Of a stretch of DNA of 64,000 bases, positions 58,792-64,000 are shown in pieces. The stretch is from positions 88,174-152,173 of the forward strand of contig CAMDUE010000003.1 in NCBI GenBank assembly GCA_945877575.1, given 5' to 3'. The stretch comes from Chitinophaga pinensis (lineage in GTDB: Bacteria > Bacteroidota > Bacteroidia > NS11-12g > UBA955). The notes under the pieces are model-generated. The model worked only from the letters and a program-made list of their open reading frames with translations. It searched no databases and was not told the DNA's origin. The translations under genes and the position numbers were made by a program. Numbering within the stretch: the first letter of the stretch is position 1; every line of letters begins with the position of its first letter.

Positions 58792-60926
58792 TCAATCATC
58801 AACCTGCCTAAATATGCTCCTTTGTTTGATTGAATTTTCAAGGAATAAATTCCAGAACTCAAGAATAATTTCAAATCTTTATCTTGAAACTCTCCTAAAA
58901 ACTCGGTATAAATCAGTTGACCAGCAGAGTTAAACACTTGTATTTCTGCATTTTGAACCACATCCGCCAAACGTATTTGGAACTTTCCATTCGAAGGATT
59001 CGGAACGATTTGCATTGAATTATGAGCTAAATCTTTAATTCCTGTGTAAGCAAACACCAGGCAGGTACTGGTATCAGTACAACCATTTTGTTTCACCTCC
59101 ACAGCAAACTTACCGTTGCCCGAAGGAGAATATGAAGACGTTGTCTCTCCATTTATTGGTGCATTGGCTTGGTTGCAATCCAACCATTGGAAACCAGCGC
59201 CGGTGGCTTTGGAATTCAATGTATTCCAATCGCGAGTCACGCCAATTTCCACATTAACAATGGTCACATCAATGCTGTAAATAATACTATCACAGCCCAG
59301 CTTAGATTTAACCGACTCTGAAACCTTGCCTGATGTGTATACCTTTTTACCCAAGGGGGTTACATACAATCCGCAACCTTTTTCGGTCAAATTGACTGTG
59401 GTTGGCTTCAAAATGGTCAAATCGATGTTAATGAAACTATCACATGCCTTATAATTTCCACCAATCAAGGTGTCGCGGTATTTTCCAGAAACATTCCAAG
59501 TATATTCACCGCTTGGGCTTTTATAGTTTCCACAAGATCTTACACTGATATTTCCGGTAGATTTAGTAGACTTCACTTCGTATTCTATGATGCTGTCGCA
59601 GCCCAAATAATTGGAGATGGTATCGTAATAAAGTCCCTCAGATCTATAAATCACATTTTTATCGGTTGGACAAACCACAAATCGGCAAAAATCGAGTCGC
59701 TTTTTTGCAAAACTGCGTTGTTTGATAATTACATCGTGTATCAATATTGAATCGCATCCACCCCAACCTTTAAGTGTGTCATAGTATTTGCCTGATTTAG
59801 TCACTGTTCTGCCTGAAGGTCCCTTCAAAGAAACTGAGTAACACGCCGAATATTTAAAATTGGTTTCTGCCTTAGATGTCACCGTCAAAAAGATGGTAAT
59901 GATGGAATCACATCCCAAATAGTTGGAAGTTCTTTCTTGATATTTGCCCGAAGTATAATAATATGAACCTTTGTTCGTGGGACTTTCAAATGAATCACAA
60001 ACAACGGTCTTAACGTTGTATGAACTGCTCTTTTTGATGGTCACGTCAAAGGTTATAACTGAATCACAACCATTTACGGAAACAATGGTATCAGAATATG
60101 TACCGGTTTTTGAAGCGAACCTTTTTTTCGAGGGAAAGGTGTACTTATCGCAAGCGGTAACCGTAGCTTTACCGTAAACCGTAGAGTCACAAAACGACCT
60201 ACCAATGACAAAATTCGATGTAGAATCATCCAAATAGAAATTATTCAATTTTCCGTCGTTTCCGTTGGGGGTATCGTCGTTTACTGATGAAATACTGGTG
60301 TTCTTTTTGTAAGGAATACCATCTTCATAGCTGAGCTGCAACAACAACCCTTTTTCGGTTGGAGGGAACTTTTTATACATCCCGTCTTGAATCTGTTTTT
60401 TAGACCTAGCATAATCCCAGATACGGGTTTCCTCTACTATTCCGCCGTAACCAGTAGCTGGATCGCCAATCCAAATGGGTGTAGATGTTGAGCTATAAAC
60501 TAAAGCGCTAAATTTTGCTGTTGAAGAATCTTTTAAAACTCCATCTAAATAGATGCGCATAAAATTTCCGTCAAAAGTACCTGCAATGTGGTGCCATTGA
60601 TTTTGATTCAACCCACTAGATATCGTAAAAGATTGAGTATTGCTTCCATCGCTAATATCAAAATGAATGCCTTTACCATTACCCGTTCCGAATCTATAAG
60701 CGTCATCCTGATGCCAAACCACGGGAGCGCAAACATTGCAAGGGGAGCTATTAAAATTGTCGACGTAAATCCACGTTTCAATGGTAATATACTTTGGGCC
60801 ACTCAGTCCAGTATAATTGGATATTTCTACATAATCATCAACTCCATCAAAATGGAGGGCTCTATTTTGGGCATTCAAGTGGCTTGTAGCCCAATAAAAC
60901 ATTAAAAAAAGTAAAGATTTTTTCAT
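58788..60926 (-). CDS. secreted protein: LamG/ConA-like N-domain, six Cys-containing ~48 aa repeats, and a T9SS C-terminal sorting domain
   Basis: The LamG_3-like block is HFDGVDDYVEI…WHHIAGTFDGNFMRIYLDGV. Six repeats follow, with consensus C-x3-5-[ST]P-x-G-x-Y-x-DT-x4-6-GCDSI-x4-V-x-I. The C-terminal tail is VPNPSNGKFQIRL…GIYSLKIQ. Confidence 0.55.
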   Translation of the reverse strand: MKKSLLFLMFYWATSHLNAQNRALHFDGVDDYVEISNYTGLSGPKYITIETWIYVDNFNSSPCNVCAPVVWHQDDAYRFGTGNGKGIHFDISDGSNTQSFTISSGLNQNQWHHIAGTFDGNFMRIYLDGVLKDSSTAKFSALVYSSTSTPIWIGDPATGYGGIVEETRIWDYARSKKQIQDGMYKKFPPTEKGLLLQLSYEDGIPYKKNTSISSVNDDTPNGNDGKLNNFYLDDSTSNFVIGRSFCDSTVYGKATVTACDKYTFPSKKRFASKTGTYSDTIVSVNGCDSVITFDVTIKKSSSYNVKTVVCDSFESPTNKGSYYYTSGKYQERTSNYLGCDSIITIFLTVTSKAETNFKYSACYSVSLKGPSGRTVTKSGKYYDTLKGWGGCDSILIHDVIIKQRSFAKKRLDFCRFVVCPTDKNVIYRSEGLYYDTISNYLGCDSIIEYEVKSTKSTGNISVRSCGNYKSPSGEYTWNVSGKYRDTLIGGNYKACDSFINIDLTILKPTTVNLTEKGCGLYVTPLGKKVYTSGKVSESVKSKLGCDSIIYSIDVTIVNVEIGVTRDWNTLNSKATGAGFQWLDCNQANAPINGETTSSYSPSGNGKFAVEVKQNGCTDTSTCLVFAYTGIKDLAHNSMQIVPNPSNGKFQIRLADVVQNAEIQVFNSAGQLIYTEFLGEFQDKDLKLFLSSGIYSLKIQSNKGAYLGRLMID

Positions 60927-61048
60927 AGAAATTGTTGTTGTATTATCAAATGTTCATTTTTTTAATGAACATTCAAAACAATTTTTAATAAAAAACCTAT
61001 TTTTTTACTAACAAAACCAACGACTTACAAAATCTTTAGTCGAAAAAA

Positions 61049-61678
61049 TTACTTTACTATAAATAACTCTTCTTTTGATTTGCGAACTTTTTTCGCTTTC
61101 GCCAAAAAGTCTTTTTCGCTGTCTCTATATCCCAATGCCAGCATCACCGTTGAAAACAAACCCTGTTTCTCGAGTTGAAGCAATTCATCCATAGCTTTGT
61201 TGTCAAATCCTTCCATGGGAGTAGTATCAACTTCCAAATGAGCGGCAACGGTCATCGCGGTTCCCATAGCGATATAGGTCTGTTTAGCACACCAATTTCG
61301 AAGATCGCTCACTTCCATCTTAGATGTAAATCCCTGTATGCCCATTTTGAATTTCTCCAACTCCGCCAATGCTTGACTGCGGGTGGTTGCAATTCGGTGC
61401 ATATAATGATCAATTTGCTCTTGCTTCAATTCTGAATATGCGGCAAAAACCAACAAATGACTGGCTTCTACCGTCTGAGGTTGTTTACACACCTTCAAAT
61501 GCATCTCAGCTCTTAACTCAGGATTCTCAATCAAAAAAACTTTAAAAGTCTGCAACCCCAACGATGTAGGTGTCAGTCGAATAGACTCCAGAATTTGCTC
61601 CACTTTCTCTTGTTCAACTATTTGGTTGTTATAGTTTTTAACGGCGTATCTCCAATTCAGCGATTCAATCAATGACAT
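61049..61678 (-). CDS. NAD(P)H nitroreductase family protein
   Basis: The N-terminus is RYAVKNY. The 209 aa length and overall nitroreductase pattern fit. Confidence 0.6.
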   Translation of the reverse strand: MSLIESLNWRYAVKNYNNQIVEQEKVEQILESIRLTPTSLGLQTFKVFLIENPELRAEMHLKVCKQPQTVEASHLLVFAAYSELKQEQIDHYMHRIATTRSQALAELEKFKMGIQGFTSKMEVSDLRNWCAKQTYIAMGTAMTVAAHLEVDTTPMEGFDNKAMDELLQLEKQGLFSTVMLALGYRDSEKDFLAKAKKVRKSKEELFIVK

Positions 61679-61735
61679 AGTCCAAAATTAACACACCGCC
61701 GACACAAAGGTTTGTGTAATTCTTATATTTGTTCC

Positions 61736-62143
61736 ATGAAATACTTTTTATTGTTTCTGGGGATGTTTTTATCGCTTACTTCTCATGCTCAAACACCCGA
61801 TATCAATGTGGTCGACCTTGACGCTATGACCGGCCCTGATTATGTACAAGCAAGCTACCCCGGAGGAAATGAAAAGTTCTACCAATTCATATCTAAAAAT
61901 ATTCAGTATCCCGCACGCTGCATGGATGAAAATATCCAAGGAGAAGTGCGCATCCAATTCACGGTTAACAAAAACGGCGAACTGAGCAACTTCAAACCCA
62001 TTAAAAAGGTTGATGCCTGTCCAGAATTCACCCACGAAGCCATCCGCATACTTAAAAAATCAAAACGCTGGAATCCCGGCACCAAAAACGGACTTCCAAT
62101 CAACAGTTATTTCGCCATTCCGTTGAAGTTTAATTTACAATAA
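61736..62143 (+). CDS. secreted TonB C-terminal-domain-like protein
   Basis: Signal peptide, then YPGGNEKFYQFISKNIQYPARCMDENIQGEVRIQFTVNKNG…WNPGTKNGLPINSYFAIPLKF, which matches the TonB_C fold pattern. I took the start at the second Met. Confidence 0.55.
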   Translation: MKYFLLFLGMFLSLTSHAQTPDINVVDLDAMTGPDYVQASYPGGNEKFYQFISKNIQYPARCMDENIQGEVRIQFTVNKNGELSNFKPIKKVDACPEFTHEAIRILKKSKRWNPGTKNGLPINSYFAIPLKFNLQ

Positions 62144-62145
62144 TG

Positions 62146-62336
62146 GTACTAGGTACCGGGTACCGGGTACCGGGTACCGGGTTTCAGGTACCGGGTTTCG
62201 GGTTTCGGGTTTCGGGGTTCGGGGCTCGGGTACCGGTTTACGGGCTGCAGACCACGGACCACGGACCACGGACCACGGACCACGGACTACCGACTACCGA
62301 CTACCAACTACCAACTACCAATTACCGCCTACCAAC
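62146..62336. repeat. GC-rich array of degenerate heptanucleotide tandem repeats, about 26 units
   Basis: (GGTACCG)x4, (GGGTTTC)x3, GGGGTTC, GGGGCTC … ctgcag … (CCACGGA)x5, (CTACCGA)x3, (CTACCAA)x3. It sits intergenic between convergent genes. The 62143..62340 ORF is only a translation of this repeat. Confidence 0.85.
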
Positions 62337-63326
62337 ATAAACAAGCGCATTCTTTCCCTCGCCTACCGTGTAGTATTTTCGGGAATCGTTTGACCAACAA
62401 ACCGCTTCGCCTTGGGTTTCGATTTTGTAGGGTACAACCTTGGGTTTCTTGCTTAAAGCAGATGTAAGGGGCTCACCGTCGTTGCGGTCCCAAATAAATA
62501 TTTGTCCGTAGTTCTTGATGAGAATCTGGCGTCCATCTGGACTAATATCCCCACCAACCAAACCACTGAAAGGAAGTTGAGCCACCTTTTGCAAAGTGAT
62601 TTTTGACTGTCCCACGGGAACTACGAAAGGATATTCGGCCTTGTAAACACGGGCCTTTGCTTCGCGCTTGGTGACAATGTATAAATGATGGCTCCAGGGG
62701 TCAACCAACAGAGTCTCGGCATCGCGAGGGCCATCGGGATAAACAAACGTTAGTTTTTCGGCAAACGGAACAGAAGTATCCCCAGCGGCTGATGTCAAAA
62801 TAGGTTCGGGGAACCTGTAAATATAAATCTCCGGGTAAACTGCGTTGTTGTCTCCAAAATCAGCCAAATACATGTACTTTTTGCCGTCTATGGGATTGTG
62901 ATCTATGCCCATGTCTTCGCAATCTCGGTTTGAAAAACCAGGCACGGTGATGTGTCTGATGTTTTTTCCTGTAGTATCAAAAACAAAAAATCGATTGAAA
63001 TCTCCGCCGTCATTGTGTCCGTAAAGCCAATCGTTTCGGTAGGTGCAGGCCGCCAAGCCAGAATTTTCTTTGAGGCCCGGATTTTCCAAGGAACCAATCT
63101 GCACAAACGGTCCAAATGAACTATCCAAAACAACATCGCTCACTGAATAATTGAATTCGGTGTACACTTCTTTCCAAGGATCAGGAGTCTGAGGCGGATA
63201 CAGGCCGGGTTTTTGACATCCCCAACAAATAAATCCCGCGAAAAATGCAACAATAGTTTTCAATTGAAGTACCTGCCTCGTCATATAATTGTGCAAATTA
63301 TAATTATTTTTGGGACATGCAATCAC
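62322..63326 (-). CDS. hypothetical lipoprotein (possible beta-propeller fold)
   Basis: The internal Met followed by TIVAFFAGFICWGC looks like a lipoprotein signal, so the true start is probably near 63284. The last 4 codons overlap the repeat array. Confidence 0.45.
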   Translation of the reverse strand: MIACPKNNYNLHNYMTRQVLQLKTIVAFFAGFICWGCQKPGLYPPQTPDPWKEVYTEFNYSVSDVVLDSSFGPFVQIGSLENPGLKENSGLAACTYRNDWLYGHNDGGDFNRFFVFDTTGKNIRHITVPGFSNRDCEDMGIDHNPIDGKKYMYLADFGDNNAVYPEIYIYRFPEPILTSAAGDTSVPFAEKLTFVYPDGPRDAETLLVDPWSHHLYIVTKREAKARVYKAEYPFVVPVGQSKITLQKVAQLPFSGLVGGDISPDGRQILIKNYGQIFIWDRNDGEPLTSALSKKPKVVPYKIETQGEAVCWSNDSRKYYTVGEGKNALVYVGRR

Positions 63327-64000
63327 TCAAGCCAAAGTGGTACCTATTATTCACTTGCTTATTTTATATCACTGCAATATCTGCGCAAACCATTATCACT
63401 ACCCACGATAAAGTCCTTATCCAAACCGATCCCTCTCGCGGAAGTACAGACTATAGCGGTTGGGGAGTCTTCCCTAAAGATAAGAATTTCCAGAAAATGT
63501 ATTGTGAACTTTCGTTTCAATGTCCAACAGGAATGACCTGCGGAGAATGGGACTACCTGAATTACATTTATTTAGACAACCGCCGCGGCACGTTCAATGA
63601 TTCCTTGGGATGGGAAATCATGCGATTCATCACACCTTACGGACTTACCTTCAACAACCAGTGGAAGCACACTTGGAGATTTGATATCACCGATTTTCAA
63701 TCGCTATTTAGGGACTCCATTCAAATCAAATATAGGCATACCGGTTACGAAGCCCGCAATGGACGAGGATGGATCATCACGGTAAAATTCATCATGCATG
63801 AAGGGCCATCCATTAGAGATGTTATTGGCATCCAAAGAATGATGCAAAAGAGCATTCCCTACGGAAATGACTCCATGTTTGAAGCCCGAAGCGAAGAGTT
63901 TTCATGGATACCATCTGAAGGAACCAAATATTCTCGCTTCAAAATCATCCAAACCGGACATGGAATGGACCAGCCGAGCAATTGTGCGGAGTTTTGTCCC
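63317..64000 (+). CDS. PNGase F-like (peptide-N-glycosidase F family) secreted protein, 5' part. It runs off the window end.
   Basis: The signal peptide is MQSLKPKWYLLFTCLFYITAISAQ. Blocks CGEWDYLNYIYL, EIMRFITPY, DITDFQSLF and NCAEFC align with the PNGase F blocks CDEWDRYANVYV, EIGRFITPY, DVTDFKSLL and GCAEWC, recalled from memory. Confidence 0.5.
   Translation, partial: MQSLKPKWYLLFTCLFYITAISAQTIITTHDKVLIQTDPSRGSTDYSGWGVFPKDKNFQKMYCELSFQCPTGMTCGEWDYLNYIYLDNRRGTFNDSLGWEIMRFITPYGLTFNNQWKHTWRFDITDFQSLFRDSIQIKYRHTGYEARNGRGWIITVKFIMHEGPSIRDVIGIQRMMQKSIPYGNDSMFEARSEEFSWIPSEGTKYSRFKIIQTGHGMDQPSNCAEFCP

Noticed and set aside
62143-62340. 65 aa ORF, MVLGTGYRVPGTG…
   Set aside because: It is only a translation of the 7 nt-period tandem repeat. 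The period is not a multiple of 3 and the sequence has low complexity.
1-64000. CRISPR arrays and IS elements
   Set aside because: No regularly spaced direct repeats with unique spacers and no transposase-like ORFs were seen.

Overview
This is an AT-rich Bacteroidetes-type chromosomal window. Four secreted proteins carry type IX secretion (T9SS) C-terminal sorting domains, the genes are densely packed and overlapping, and the spacers are short and AT-rich. There are no IS elements, integrases or CRISPR arrays. Four things stand out.

1. A roughly 25 kb locus (15311..40978) for an exopolysaccharide that looks heavily sulfated. PAPS (the activated sulfate donor) is made by cysN, cysD, cysC and cysQ, next to a divergent Rrf2 regulator. 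Beside it sits an almost gapless minus-strand operon of 6 PAPS-type sulfotransferases, 8 glycosyltransferases, a Wzy-like polymerase, an MsbA/PglK-like ABC exporter and a Wzc-type tyrosine autokinase.

2. A compact cluster I cannot match to a known pathway (42916..53118). It has a fusion of an HMG-CoA-reductase-like domain to an aminoglycoside-phosphotransferase (APH)-type kinase. A UbiA-family prenyl/alkyltransferase, a rifampin-phosphotransferase-like PEP-synthase-family dikinase, a fusion of a DUF3419 (BtaA-like, SAM 3-amino-3-carboxypropyl transferase) domain to a GNAT acyltransferase, and an AMP-forming ligase complete it. Both divergent transcription units share an upstream dyad motif, AATTACGGA-N3-TCCGTAATT. 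I suggest it makes a new amino/alkyl lipid or a lipid-like metabolite.

3. A small rearrangement hotspot bounded by two identical tRNA-Met(CAT) genes (54682..58001). It holds tandem paralogous L-type (legume-like) lectin genes, gene remnants and a frameshifted gene. A third lectin copy, now a pseudogene, lies inside the cluster in (2).

4. A GC-rich intergenic array of heptanucleotide repeats (62146..62336) with G-quadruplex potential.

The rest is routine: a pgmB/GH65 phosphorylase operon, a VapBC-like toxin-antitoxin pair, a nitroreductase, a START-domain protein and a PNGase F-like gene.
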